64,000 nt of DNA. Origin: a bacterium. GTDB lineage: Bacteria > Patescibacteriota > Minisyncoccia > Phycocordibacterales > UBA6899. The translations under genes and the position numbers were made by a program. The notes beneath the pieces are model-generated. The model saw only the letters and a program-made list of their open reading frames with translations. It had not been told where the DNA came from and did not search any database. The stretch covers positions 71,338 to 135,337 of the forward strand of contig JAJZQJ010000001.1 in NCBI GenBank assembly GCA_021851895.1, read 5' to 3'. Positions 28,726-38,976 of this stretch are shown piece by piece. Within the stretch, counting starts at the first letter, position 1, and every line of letters begins with the position of its first letter.

Positions 28726-30234
28726 TTATATATTTTTGCAAGTGAACGGAAGGATAATGTCGAAACGCGTACCACCAGTCTCGATCTTTTTGAATGTTAT
28801 CTTTCCTCCTGCCTTCTCGAGAAGTGACCGAACGATCGAGAGACCTAGTCCCGACCCGCTCGAATCAACATCGCGTGCATTCGTTGCTCGATAGAATCGC
28901 GAAAATATCCTACTTGACTCATCATCAGGAATACCAATGCCATTATCTTCGACATACACGTGCGCACTCTTATCCTCTTCATGCGACTCAATGCCAACTT
29001 TTATCAGGCCACCATCTCCGGTATATTTGACCGCGTTCGACAGAAGATTCTGCATCACCACCTGACCAAGTTTTGGCTCTCCATAAATAAGCGGGGTATT
29101 CAAATCGTAACTCTTCTCGATCGTCTGATGTTTTGTATGCGCAAGTGCCATAGTATCGCGAATGGCAATATCAGCGACCTGTACAATATCAAACATCGTG
29201 CCCTCACTCTTAAAGGTACCGAGCTCTATACGCGATGCATTCAAAAGCGTATCAATGAGCTTCGACATCCTCGCGCTACTTTCCTTGATCTGTGTTATAA
29301 ATCCCCTTTGGTCCTCAGTAAGATGTTCCATATCTTCTGGCGCGTTCAATAATTCGACGTACCAATTAATGATAGAGATCGGAGTACGCAACTGGTGTGA
29401 TGCAAGCGACACGAAATCCGACTTCTCGCGCTCAACCTCTTTCATGTCCGTAATGTCGAGCAACGTCGATATGACATAAAGCAATCTATTATTCGCATCA
29501 AGCACAGGCACACTCGTCATTCTGAAGGCAGCCATGCGCATATCTGGATAACGGAAATAGATATCACTGCGAGTTTCAAGAATTTTCGTTTTCTGAACTA
29601 CGACATTCGGCAATTCCTCGAAAGGATAAGGACTACTGTCTAATTTACAAAATGATGATATACCACTGCGCATGAGTGTATTCTTCCCTATCAATTGTGC
29701 TGCGCGCTCATTCATACGCATGATCTCGAAATCTGGCTCCTTCTGCAAAAATACTCCTAGGGGCAAGTGATCAACGAGCAGACGCAAAATCTCAGCATCG
29801 TGACCGAGTACTGCATATTGCCCATGCAGAGACCCCGAAAGCTGGTCATATGATGTTTTAAGTCGCTTGATCGCATCGACATAGGAGCGCACCATAACCG
29901 ATAGCTCATCATCGTCATCCGTCTCGACGAGATCTCCAATGTCACCCCCTTTGACCTTCTCCGCTGCGATCTTGTAGCGATCTATCGGGGAGAGAAAGAC
30001 ATAGTGAATATATCCGATGAGTAAAAGCACTGATATGACGAACGAGGCAAAAACAATTGGAGCAAGTACGCTCGCGATAGAAAAACCAGGAAAAAGCGCA
30101 AGTATCTGACTAACTTCCCATATCGGTCGATCGGTCACTTGTGCGGCATAAAGAAGCACCGAGCCAATGAGCACGATTCCCTGGAAAACTCCTATGACCG
30201 CAGAGGCGGTTATGATCTTCGAACGAATTGACAT
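28726..30234 (-). CDS. Sensor histidine kinase (TM sensor - PAS - HisKA - HATPase_c)
   Basis: H-box SLASHQLRTPISIINWYVELL; N/G boxes VEDNGIGIPDDE...GSGLGLSIVRSLLEKAGGKITF. Confidence 0.85.
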   Translation of the reverse strand: MSIRSKIITASAVIGVFQGIVLIGSVLLYAAQVTDRPIWEVSQILALFPGFSIASVLAPIVFASFVISVLLLIGYIHYVFLSPIDRYKIAAEKVKGGDIGDLVETDDDDELSVMVRSYVDAIKRLKTSYDQLSGSLHGQYAVLGHDAEILRLLVDHLPLGVFLQKEPDFEIMRMNERAAQLIGKNTLMRSGISSFCKLDSSPYPFEELPNVVVQKTKILETRSDIYFRYPDMRMAAFRMTSVPVLDANNRLLYVISTLLDITDMKEVEREKSDFVSLASHQLRTPISIINWYVELLNAPEDMEHLTEDQRGFITQIKESSARMSKLIDTLLNASRIELGTFKSEGTMFDIVQVADIAIRDTMALAHTKHQTIEKSYDLNTPLIYGEPKLGQVVMQNLLSNAVKYTGDGGLIKVGIESHEEDKSAHVYVEDNGIGIPDDESSRIFSRFYRATNARDVDSSGSGLGLSIVRSLLEKAGGKITFKKIETGGTRFDIILPFTCKNI

Positions 30235-30243
30235 AAAGTTTTC

Positions 30244-32634
30244 TTATACAAGCAATTTCACTTCTCCTTTTCTCGACTTCATTCCACCGACGGGAACCGT
30301 GAAGAAAAATGTAGTCCCAACGTTTTCCGTACTCTCGAACCACAACTTACCACCGATCTCTTCAACGAGTGACCTTACGAGGGACAAACCCAAACCAGTA
30401 CCCGATGGTACTTTTTTCAATGCGTTCTCAGCGCGGTAGAACTTCTCATATATGCGTTCCTCTGCAGACTTCGGTATGCCGATTCCATTATCTCGAACGG
30501 AAACAAGGACATGACCCTCTTCTGCTCGAATGTGCACTTCTATCTTCGTATCGTCATAAGCATAGCGCTGTGCATTCGTGAAAAGATTCTGAAATATCTG
30601 CCATGGATAATCGCGGTCGAGCATGATCTTCGCCGGAGGATCAGGATCTGCGGTGACGATGATCTCCTGATGGTGTTCTTTCAGTTGTGCTTCAATGGTC
30701 TTTGCTACGGAAATAGCAAGCTCTTTAAGGTCAACGGGAACTGGTTCAATCGCGACCCTGCGCGCCTCAACACGCGCGATCTGCAGCAGCATGTTCACGA
30801 GTCCCGTCATGCGCTCGACACCTTCGCTGATCCTCTCAAGAAAATGTCGTTGACCCTCATTTACATCTCCAGCATCGCCATCAATGAGCATCTCAGTGAA
30901 CCAACGCATGCTCGTGAGCGGTGTACGAAGTTGATGTGAAGCGGTAGAGATGAAACCTATGCGTGCCTCTTCGAGAGCCTTTTCCTCAGTCACATCCTGT
31001 AATGTGAATATCGCTCCGCGAATAATACCGCCACTCTTCGCATCAGTTATTGGAGCAATAACTCCGGACACTGGAGTCTCGAGACCATCGCTCTTTCGCT
31101 TAAGGATCATGAAGCGTATCGCATGCAACTTCCCCTCTGCAAAAATTGGGAGCATAAATTCATCTCCGAGTGAAGCGCGATCGTTTGAAAGCAATTCGAA
31201 GTGTTCACGCCAATCTCTGCCCCGAAGATCTTCACTCTTCACGCCGAGCATACGCTCCGCCGTCTCATTGACGACCGTAATGCGGCGCTCCGCATCAATG
31301 ACAATGACACCTTCACCAATTGACGAGATAAGCAGAGAATAAGTCAGGCGCTCGCGATCAGCGTTGCGTGCAAAACGCTGTACTTCTTCGAACGCATCTT
31401 CAACCTGCCTGCTCTTCTCGCGCATCTTCTCTTCGGCATCCTCTGCGGCCCTCAAAGCATTTTCGGTTTGTTTTTTGCTTCTCCCGAGCTCGTAAATATT
31501 CTTTTCGAGCGCCGCGGTCTTTTCTCGAACTCTCTCTTCGAGTGATGCATACAACCCGGAGAGCTTTATCGACATGGTTTCGAATGCCCCCGCGAGATCT
31601 CCAATTTCATCTTTTGCGGTCACACTGATGTGCTTAGAAAAATCACCCTGAGCAATAGCGGTTGCAACATTACGTAGACGCACCACTGGGCGGACAACAG
31701 TACGAGAGATCAAAAAGATGAAAACGAGCGCGAGTACGAAAAGTGCAATTGCGGAGACAACAACGATCTGCTGAATCCCACTTTCAGCGGATACAATATA
31801 TGCACTCGCATCCCGGACACTCGCGAGTACCCATTTATTTCCAGAATAATTCGGAACGCCCTTCTCTCTCGTGAGCGTCTTCATATATTCAATATTCCCA
31901 AGCTGCACCAGCTGCGCAGATTCATCCGTAGTGAAGGAACTGACCTCTCTGCGCTCGAATGCGAGTGACGTGTGTATGTCGCCTATACTCGAAATGAGTG
32001 TCCCATCATTACGAAAGAGCTGCACGCCAGAATTATCTCGACTCAGTATATCTTCGACAGATCGCCACGCTATCCTCCCGATGAGGTAACCATCTATCTG
32101 TTCCTTGCCATCAACGAAGGACTTGATCGCGAGTGCGTACGACATCCCTGGCATACCGTTTTGAAAGGTTGCATCCGTATGCGCAACCGGAACGGTATCA
32201 GACTTGGCAAGCACTTGAAGCTCTTCTTCCGTAATATCTATGGGTACGTTGCCCTCACGTAACGAGGCAGCACTCACCGTGACGCCTCGTTTATCGACAA
32301 GCAAAAGTGCATCCCATGGTCCAGAATATACGAGCAGATTCGACAACCAGCTGCTCACCTCTTGAAGGCGAGTGGGCGTCGGTGCACCCGAAGGAGAGAG
32401 CGCGATAGCGATTTCAGGATCAGTCGATATGATCTGCAGTTGCGTCTGATAGCCAGCGAGAAGCTCGTCAACCTGAAAGACCAAGTTCGACATTTTATCA
32501 AGAATGAAACGTGATGCCCCTTGCTGGACGGACTGCCGCGTAAGCGAAAAACTAAGCGTCAGCATGATGCCAACCATCACTGTGGCGGTAAACAATGAAA
32601 GCCCGAGGACTCTTTGTGACAAACCGATTTTCAC
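30244..32634 (-). CDS. Sensor histidine kinase with large periplasmic (Cache-like) sensor, HAMP, PAS, HisKA, HATPase_c
   Basis: TM - ~270-aa extracytoplasmic domain - TM; ISTASHQLRTPLTSMRWFTEMLID; VRDNGIGIPKSAEERIYEKFYRAENALKKVPSGTGLGLSLVRSLVEEIGGKLWFES. Confidence 0.85.
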   Translation of the reverse strand: MKIGLSQRVLGLSLFTATVMVGIMLTLSFSLTRQSVQQGASRFILDKMSNLVFQVDELLAGYQTQLQIISTDPEIAIALSPSGAPTPTRLQEVSSWLSNLLVYSGPWDALLLVDKRGVTVSAASLREGNVPIDITEEELQVLAKSDTVPVAHTDATFQNGMPGMSYALAIKSFVDGKEQIDGYLIGRIAWRSVEDILSRDNSGVQLFRNDGTLISSIGDIHTSLAFERREVSSFTTDESAQLVQLGNIEYMKTLTREKGVPNYSGNKWVLASVRDASAYIVSAESGIQQIVVVSAIALFVLALVFIFLISRTVVRPVVRLRNVATAIAQGDFSKHISVTAKDEIGDLAGAFETMSIKLSGLYASLEERVREKTAALEKNIYELGRSKKQTENALRAAEDAEEKMREKSRQVEDAFEEVQRFARNADRERLTYSLLISSIGEGVIVIDAERRITVVNETAERMLGVKSEDLRGRDWREHFELLSNDRASLGDEFMLPIFAEGKLHAIRFMILKRKSDGLETPVSGVIAPITDAKSGGIIRGAIFTLQDVTEEKALEEARIGFISTASHQLRTPLTSMRWFTEMLIDGDAGDVNEGQRHFLERISEGVERMTGLVNMLLQIARVEARRVAIEPVPVDLKELAISVAKTIEAQLKEHHQEIIVTADPDPPAKIMLDRDYPWQIFQNLFTNAQRYAYDDTKIEVHIRAEEGHVLVSVRDNGIGIPKSAEERIYEKFYRAENALKKVPSGTGLGLSLVRSLVEEIGGKLWFESTENVGTTFFFTVPVGGMKSRKGEVKLLV

Positions 32635-32852
32635 GTATTCTTATTATACTATACGATTCGATAGCTTGTATACGATAGATACAAATTTGGGGGGATGATG
32701 GAATAAGGTGATATGGGATTAAGGGAGATTCACGAAACCGATCGATACGAAACTCTTTTATTCGTGAGGAATGAAAAATACGGGCAGAAATACCCGTATT
32801 TTTGTATTAACCCATATTCCCTGATCCCCTTATCACATTATTCCCTTGAATT

Positions 32853-33893
32853 TTACAAATGCTTTCCTGCTAATCGAACATGCTGCACAAGCGTATTCGT
32901 ATATCCCGCCTCATTGTCATACCACGCAAATACCTTTACGAGGTCCCCATCAACGACTCTCGTCATCGACAAGTCTGCGATTGAACCGAATGGCTCGCCC
33001 ACAATATCCGTAGACACAAGAGGCTCTGCGGTCACGGTAAAAATACCTGACCAGCGAGGATCAAGCGAAGCATCTTTGAGTATCTTATTTACCTCCTCGA
33101 CACTCGTCTTTCTCTTTGCAATAAAGGTCACATCAGCAATAGAACCCGAAACAACGGGAATGCGTAGTGATATACCCTCAAACTTCCCCTCAAGTTCCTT
33201 AATGACATCAGTGACCGCGATCGATGCACCTGTCGATGCAGGAACGATATTCATCGCAGCAGCGCGACCTTCACGAAAATCCTTCTTCGTAGGACTATCG
33301 ATAAGACGCTGAGATGCTGTATACGCATGTGTCGTATTCAAGACCGCTTTTTCGATACCGATGGCCTTATTTAGGATGTCGACGAGTGGAGACACTGCAT
33401 TTGTCGTACATGATGCGTTCGACGTCACCTGCGATTTTTCCATATCAGCCTCATTAATACCCATCAGCACAGTATCATGGTCAACTCCTTTTGCGCACTT
33501 GAACGGTGCGGTCACGACGACCCGCCTTGCACCCGCAGCAAGATGTACCTCAGCAGCACCACACGCAACGAGCATACCCGTCGACTCAACAACGATATCG
33601 ATATCATATGCCTTCCATGGGAGCTTTGTTGGATCACTCTCCTGAATGACCTCTATAGGAACTCCGTCAACAACAATAGTCGGTCGCTTTCCTTCAGCTG
33701 CAGGTGTCACCGATACGACAGAATTCAATCGCCCATAAGTACTATCGTACTTGAGCAGATATGCGAGGTTATCAATATCACCAAGATCATTGACTGCTAC
33801 AACCTCTATATCAGGAAGATCCTTCACTGCACGAAAAAATGCGCGACCAATTCTTCCAAAGCCATTTATGGCAACTCGTATATTCTTTTTCAT
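32853..33893 (-). CDS. gap: Glyceraldehyde-3-phosphate dehydrogenase
   Basis: INGFGRIGRAFFRA...; active-site SNASCTTNAVSPLVDIL; 346 aa. Confidence 0.92.
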   Translation of the reverse strand: MKKNIRVAINGFGRIGRAFFRAVKDLPDIEVVAVNDLGDIDNLAYLLKYDSTYGRLNSVVSVTPAAEGKRPTIVVDGVPIEVIQESDPTKLPWKAYDIDIVVESTGMLVACGAAEVHLAAGARRVVVTAPFKCAKGVDHDTVLMGINEADMEKSQVTSNASCTTNAVSPLVDILNKAIGIEKAVLNTTHAYTASQRLIDSPTKKDFREGRAAAMNIVPASTGASIAVTDVIKELEGKFEGISLRIPVVSGSIADVTFIAKRKTSVEEVNKILKDASLDPRWSGIFTVTAEPLVSTDIVGEPFGSIADLSMTRVVDGDLVKVFAWYDNEAGYTNTLVQHVRLAGKHL

Positions 33894-33918
33894 ATGCTTT
33901 ATTTTAACATATTAATGA

Positions 33919-34980
33919 TCAGGGAAGATTTCTCACTGCATTCGGGTAGATAAGGTCATCGGGATTGATATTCGATATAACCATATACTGATTCGCAAAA
34001 AGACTAATGAGTCGCACATTCCCATAAATAGACCCTAAGCCAGAATAGAAATACATAGCACTTTTATTTGCATCCCTATCGAGCATCTCGATATAACGCA
34101 TCTGATTTTCGAAGTCACTCTCTGTTATGTGAAAAGTACTCCTCACGATCCGGTATGCATCTTTTGGATGCGATTTCCAATAATCATATGCTCTGAAATA
34201 TGCACGCATGAATCCATCGAGTACATGGGGCTGTCCACGCACGTATTTCGTATCAAATGCGATAATATCCGTAACCACTCCTGGGCTTTCAGCACTTGTG
34301 TATTCTTCGGTCGCCCCCAATTGCTTCGCCATGGAAACATATGGCTCATAGGTGATGATGTGATCAACAAGACCTTTTCGTAATAGTTCGACCGATGCCT
34401 CCTCTGAACCCGCATCGATGAACACATAATCCTTGGGAGTGGTATTGAACGAACTCAGCGCCCACTGAACGAAAAAGTCAGGCTCTCCGATATATGCGAT
34501 TTTTGACCCTTTTGACGCACCGATCGGCTTCGCACCCTTACGTGTGAGTACCGCATCCGCTCCGACGGAATGGTCAGTTATGAGGACAATGTATGCCCGA
34601 ATACCACTTTCACGTGCCTCATAGACGATTTCAGAACTCAACCCAGCACGAGCGTTGATCTTTCCTGATGCCACGTCATTTACAAGATCATTCACGCTTA
34701 TATAGGGATACAATTGCACATCGATCCCTTCGTCATGGAAATATCCCAACTTCTCTGCCAGAGGAACGATAAGAAAGCCAGGCCATAATTCGAAACCGAA
34801 ATTGATCGATGGATAAAGCGAGAATGACGTCGACGGAGTGAATTTTCCGCGCACCCCGCAACACGAAGGAGAAATCACAAAACAAGCATATGCGCTACTC
34901 ATTGCAAGGACAATGACAAACATTATTGCGACCGGTCTTCTCACGTATGACATTACTTTATTATAGTATAGTACGCACAA
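33919..34980 (-). CDS. NMT1/THI5-like (NitT/TauT family) substrate-binding lipoprotein, orphan
   Basis: Signal/lipobox-like N-terminus, periplasmic-binding-fold sequence, no cognate permease/ATPase adjacent. Start may be the internal Met at 34953. Confidence 0.45.
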   Translation of the reverse strand: MCVLYYNKVMSYVRRPVAIMFVIVLAMSSAYACFVISPSCCGVRGKFTPSTSFSLYPSINFGFELWPGFLIVPLAEKLGYFHDEGIDVQLYPYISVNDLVNDVASGKINARAGLSSEIVYEARESGIRAYIVLITDHSVGADAVLTRKGAKPIGASKGSKIAYIGEPDFFVQWALSSFNTTPKDYVFIDAGSEEASVELLRKGLVDHIITYEPYVSMAKQLGATEEYTSAESPGVVTDIIAFDTKYVRGQPHVLDGFMRAYFRAYDYWKSHPKDAYRIVRSTFHITESDFENQMRYIEMLDRDANKSAMYFYSGLGSIYGNVRLISLFANQYMVISNINPDDLIYPNAVRNLP

Positions 34981-35015
34981 TAGATTTTACAAACAAAAAG
35001 ACGCACGCGTGCGTC

Positions 35016-36929
35016 TTATGCTGCATCGAGCCCTGTAAGGAATGATGCATCCCACGAATCCTTTATATCATTCGAGACTTCCTCGAGCAGCTCTTCTCGA
35101 CTCTTCTCCTGTGAATCCTCCGTAGCATTATCCACCGCAGAGGTGCGCATCGTAAGTGGAGCAAGCATCTCATCCCATGCGTCCTCTGGCATAGGCATAT
35201 TCGGTGGTAGCGCACGTATATCATTCGCTGGATGTTCGACATGTGGCTCTACTGGAATAACTACTGGCGGAGTCGGTTTACCGACTACCGAAACAAAAAC
35301 TTTTTGTGGCGCAGCAGATTCTTTCATCTCTGCGGATGTAGGTGCTCGTGCTGGTATACCTGGAGTCTTGTCGGCAATTGCGGCGACAGGCGTAGCATTC
35401 TCTTTTGTCTCCACTGATTCTTCAATATCCGCTGCTACAGAATAACGAGGAAATGATGGTCTCACCTCAGGATGCGTCGCATTCTGCACTGCGACTTTCG
35501 AGAAATGACTTGTGCGCATCCAAGGAAGCCATTCTGCAGCCCGAGCATGTGGTTGAGTAAAGACTGCTGCAACTTTTGGATATGCACCTGGAGCGACTGT
35601 TGCAAATGGTACCACCTTCGGAGGTAATGCGAGTGGATGCATCGATGGAGTCATTTGCTGGACAGTAAAATGCGGCACAGCGACAATGGGCTCACTAACA
35701 TCCTCACTCTCCTCCCCGACTTCGGTTTCAACTACTGGAGTCGGTGCACTTTCAAGACCCTCCTGCAATATACGATCTGAGACTTCTCTATCGATCGAAG
35801 GAGGAGTCTTATCGATAACGACTTCTGGTCGCGCACCCTGCGGTGGAAGTTCCTCTACTGCTTCATTCGATTCCACAGCCTCATCTTGCACATCATCAGG
35901 GATCTCTTGCTCGGAAGACGACACCTCATCATCCTTCGCAATCACGGGCTGCGGAGCAGCAACATCGTCCTCGTTTGTCGTAGTATCACCCTGCTGGTCA
36001 TTTTCATAATAAGGATTCATTTCACCCTGTTCGAGAAGTGGACGCTCCTCTGACTCCATGACCTCATGTTGCTCGGCGACTTCTACGGCCTGCACTTCGT
36101 GTATCCCTACCGCTCGTTCTGGCTCCTCTTCGACTGCGGTCGGAGTTTGCATTGCAATTGCACTCTCTGTAGGAACATCGACTGCAAGTTCTTTTTGAGT
36201 TTCGATTGCGTCCCCCGGCGCTTCTTCGATAGCCATTGCACCCCTTACTTCCGGCAATAGATCTTTTTGCGGTTCGACCTGCATGTTTTTTGGGACATCG
36301 AGGGTGACCTTTCCCGAATCTGCCGCTACTGATTTTTCTGACAATGGCGGCAAAAGCGGAGCATCATCAAAATGCTTCGCTGAATCAAGACTTGTCTTTA
36401 TTGGCCAGTGCTCCGGAAGAGACTTCCTCGTACTTGGTGGAGGTGGAGGCATTTCGATTATCGCATCAACGACATCCCCTCTAGCAACGGGAGTAGTCTC
36501 ATCAACACGAGCTGCTTCATCCTCAGAAATGATAGAGAATGGCAAAGGACCTCGCTTAAGTGGTGCAGGTTCAGATACCGCTCCGGCCACCATATCCACA
36601 GGATGATTTCCCACTACAGCTGATGGGTCACCAAGACCAAGTGCAATAAGTTGCGCTTTTGAAAGTCGAGGGATAGCGATCGCCTCTACCGCGACAAAAG
36701 GAATCGAGACATCTTCTCCAAGAGCTATTCCAAGTATCTTTAACAACTCGTGAAGATTAAGAAACAATTCACCGGATTTTCCTCCTGCACATGTTATGCG
36801 GCCATCAATACAAAGCCGCTCAATTCGTCCAGACGGCTGATTCGTCAAAGCGACAGCGACAGCGAGAGTCACGAAAGTATTCTTCAAATCCTGCCCTACG
36901 AAAGAAGCGCCGGAAGCTGTTTCGGTCAT
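35016..36929 (-). CDS. Hypothetical protein: ~130-aa N-terminal globular domain followed by ~500 aa acidic, Pro/Glu/Val-rich low-complexity region
   Basis: Long ORF with coherent codon usage. The central region is EEPERAVGIHEVQAVEVAEQHEVMESEERPLLEQGEMNPYYENDQQGD...EAVEELPPQG; I recognise no catalytic motif. Confidence 0.5.
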   Translation of the reverse strand: MTETASGASFVGQDLKNTFVTLAVAVALTNQPSGRIERLCIDGRITCAGGKSGELFLNLHELLKILGIALGEDVSIPFVAVEAIAIPRLSKAQLIALGLGDPSAVVGNHPVDMVAGAVSEPAPLKRGPLPFSIISEDEAARVDETTPVARGDVVDAIIEMPPPPPSTRKSLPEHWPIKTSLDSAKHFDDAPLLPPLSEKSVAADSGKVTLDVPKNMQVEPQKDLLPEVRGAMAIEEAPGDAIETQKELAVDVPTESAIAMQTPTAVEEEPERAVGIHEVQAVEVAEQHEVMESEERPLLEQGEMNPYYENDQQGDTTTNEDDVAAPQPVIAKDDEVSSSEQEIPDDVQDEAVESNEAVEELPPQGARPEVVIDKTPPSIDREVSDRILQEGLESAPTPVVETEVGEESEDVSEPIVAVPHFTVQQMTPSMHPLALPPKVVPFATVAPGAYPKVAAVFTQPHARAAEWLPWMRTSHFSKVAVQNATHPEVRPSFPRYSVAADIEESVETKENATPVAAIADKTPGIPARAPTSAEMKESAAPQKVFVSVVGKPTPPVVIPVEPHVEHPANDIRALPPNMPMPEDAWDEMLAPLTMRTSAVDNATEDSQEKSREELLEEVSNDIKDSWDASFLTGLDAA

Positions 36930-36949
36930 GAAAATATTATATCATGAAG

Positions 36950-37045
36950 AAGGTGATAGGTTATAGGTCATAGGGTATAGGTTTTATATAAAAATGCACA
37001 GAGCTTTTATACACTGTGCATTTCCCATGACCTATGACCTATTAC
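36950..37045. repeat. Short tandem/inverted repeat tract (TAGGGTATAGG / CATGACCTATGACC) with terminator hairpin
   Basis: gtgataggttataggtcatagggtataggtt ... AAATGCACAGagcttttataCACTGTGCATTT ... catgacctatgacctatt. Confidence 0.55.
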
Positions 37046-38451
37046 CCAAGTAATTTTGTGAATATTTCTCCAAGCAATTTCGGATTTCCGGAACCTTTCA
37101 TCGCTTTCATGCCCTGTCCAACAAAGAACATCAGGAGTGAGGTCTTCCCTGCACGATATTCTGCGGCCTGCGACGGATTCGCCGCAATGATCTCGCTCGC
37201 AACACGCTCGATCTCTCCAAGGTCACTTTTTTGGATAAGACCATTCTTCTCTGCGATCTCGCGCACAACGCCACCTTCGCGATAGGCGATCGTCAATGTA
37301 TCCTTCGCGCCACGCGAAGAGAGTTCATTTGCGCCGATCATGGAAACTAGATCTATGAATGTCTTTGCGCTTAACTTAAGTGGCAACACTGGCTCCGCCT
37401 TGATCAAACTCACAAGGTCAGTCGAAATATAGTTCGATGCAAGTTTTATTGCGGCAGCATCACCCGAAAGACCGGCAACCACTTCATCGAAGAGCTTTCC
37501 AAGCGTATCATCTGAAACGTAGATCTCAACGACCTTCGCATCGATACCGAGGGCGAGCAAGCGCTCTCGTTTTTCCCAAGGCAACTCAGGGAGCGGTGCG
37601 AGTTTCTCATAGTTCTTTCCAAAAACCTCTGTACAGACGAACTTTGGAATATCTGGATCAGGGAAATAGCGGTAATCGTTAGCTGATTCCTTCTTTCTCT
37701 GACTGAACGTCTTCCCCGTACTCTCATCCCAACCTCTGGTTTCTTGTATGATCTTTTCACCCGCCTCTAAAGCTGCTTCTTGTCGTGCCATTTCATATGC
37801 AATAGCAGCGCCCGCAGCACTAAATGAATTGATATTCTTCACTTCGACTTTCGTACCGAACTTATCGGTCTTTGAAATCGAGATGTTGACCTCAACACGC
37901 ATCTGGCCCTTCTCCATGTTCGCTTCAGAGGCACCAAGTGTTCGAAGCAAAAGCTGTAATTCTTTACCAAAACGCATAGCGGTCTCCGCATCGTGGATGA
38001 CCGGCTCTGTGACGAGCTCCATCAAAGGAACGCCAGCGCGATTGTAGTCGACGACAGAGAAATCGCCCATATCATGACGGGAGGATCCTGTATCTTCCTC
38101 AAGATGGATTCGGGTAAGTGCGACTCCTGCAAGGCTTCCCCCAGAGACGAGTGGATACTTATATTGTGTTATCTGATAACCCTTTGGAATATCAGGATAG
38201 AAATAATTTTTTCGATCCCACTCAGTGAAATCTGCGAGCTGTGCTCCGATAGCCTTCCCTACGCGCAATACCTGCTCCACTGCGGCCTCATTGACCACGG
38301 GGAGCGTGCCTGGCTGGGCAGTACAAACAGGACAAATATTCGTATTTGGCGTCTCTTCATCAGGATCGTTCTTGCACGAACAAAACATCTTTGCACGTGT
38401 GTTAAGCTCGGCATGTATCTCAAGACCAATGGTTGCGCGATATTCAGACAT
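37042..38451 (-). CDS. gatB: Asp/Glu-tRNA amidotransferase subunit B
   Basis: MSEYRATIGLEIHAELNTRAKMFCSCKNDP... and C-terminal YqeY/GatB domain. The conserved start is at the internal Met (38451). Confidence 0.9.
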   Translation of the reverse strand: MSEYRATIGLEIHAELNTRAKMFCSCKNDPDEETPNTNICPVCTAQPGTLPVVNEAAVEQVLRVGKAIGAQLADFTEWDRKNYFYPDIPKGYQITQYKYPLVSGGSLAGVALTRIHLEEDTGSSRHDMGDFSVVDYNRAGVPLMELVTEPVIHDAETAMRFGKELQLLLRTLGASEANMEKGQMRVEVNISISKTDKFGTKVEVKNINSFSAAGAAIAYEMARQEAALEAGEKIIQETRGWDESTGKTFSQRKKESANDYRYFPDPDIPKFVCTEVFGKNYEKLAPLPELPWEKRERLLALGIDAKVVEIYVSDDTLGKLFDEVVAGLSGDAAAIKLASNYISTDLVSLIKAEPVLPLKLSAKTFIDLVSMIGANELSSRGAKDTLTIAYREGGVVREIAEKNGLIQKSDLGEIERVASEIIAANPSQAAEYRAGKTSLLMFFVGQGMKAMKGSGNPKLLGEIFTKLLG

Positions 38452-38528
38452 ATTGGGAGTATAGCATAAGCCTCGCACAGTTCACAATCAGCAGAAAGCA
38501 TACTATACTATACAACAAGATATCAACC

Positions 38529-38942
38529 ATGCCATACATAAATGAGATAACAAACTGGAAAAGGACACTCGACGGTCTTTATCACATCACACTGCCGAAA
38601 CAAATAACCGTTGCGAATGCGGTGGACATTTGGGCGCAGATATTCAATGACTATTCTGAACATTTTGCTGGTGCGGGACCACTGCTTGTCATCGTTGATG
38701 GCTCAAAAGTGGAAAGTTACGACGAACGCGCACTTTCCATCTCCTCGCTTCACGTCATACCGAATAACACTGAGGCGCTCATCGCGATACACAGTCGCTC
38801 TCCACAATACAGGAAGATATCGAATGATTTCTTCCGCACACATCCGATGCCAAATAATATGCGCTACTTCGATGATGAGCTTTCTGCGCGAGCATGGCTC
38901 GAACTTGTACTTGAAGACTACAATAAACGCATTCACTTATAA
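38529..38942 (+). CDS. Hypothetical protein (137 aa)
   Basis: ORF MPYINEITNWKRTLDGLYHITLPK... with no recognised motif. Confidence 0.4.
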   Translation: MPYINEITNWKRTLDGLYHITLPKQITVANAVDIWAQIFNDYSEHFAGAGPLLVIVDGSKVESYDERALSISSLHVIPNNTEALIAIHSRSPQYRKISNDFFRTHPMPNNMRYFDDELSARAWLELVLEDYNKRIHL

Positions 38943-38976
38943 AAAAATACATGGCCTTCCATGTATTTTTTTATAT

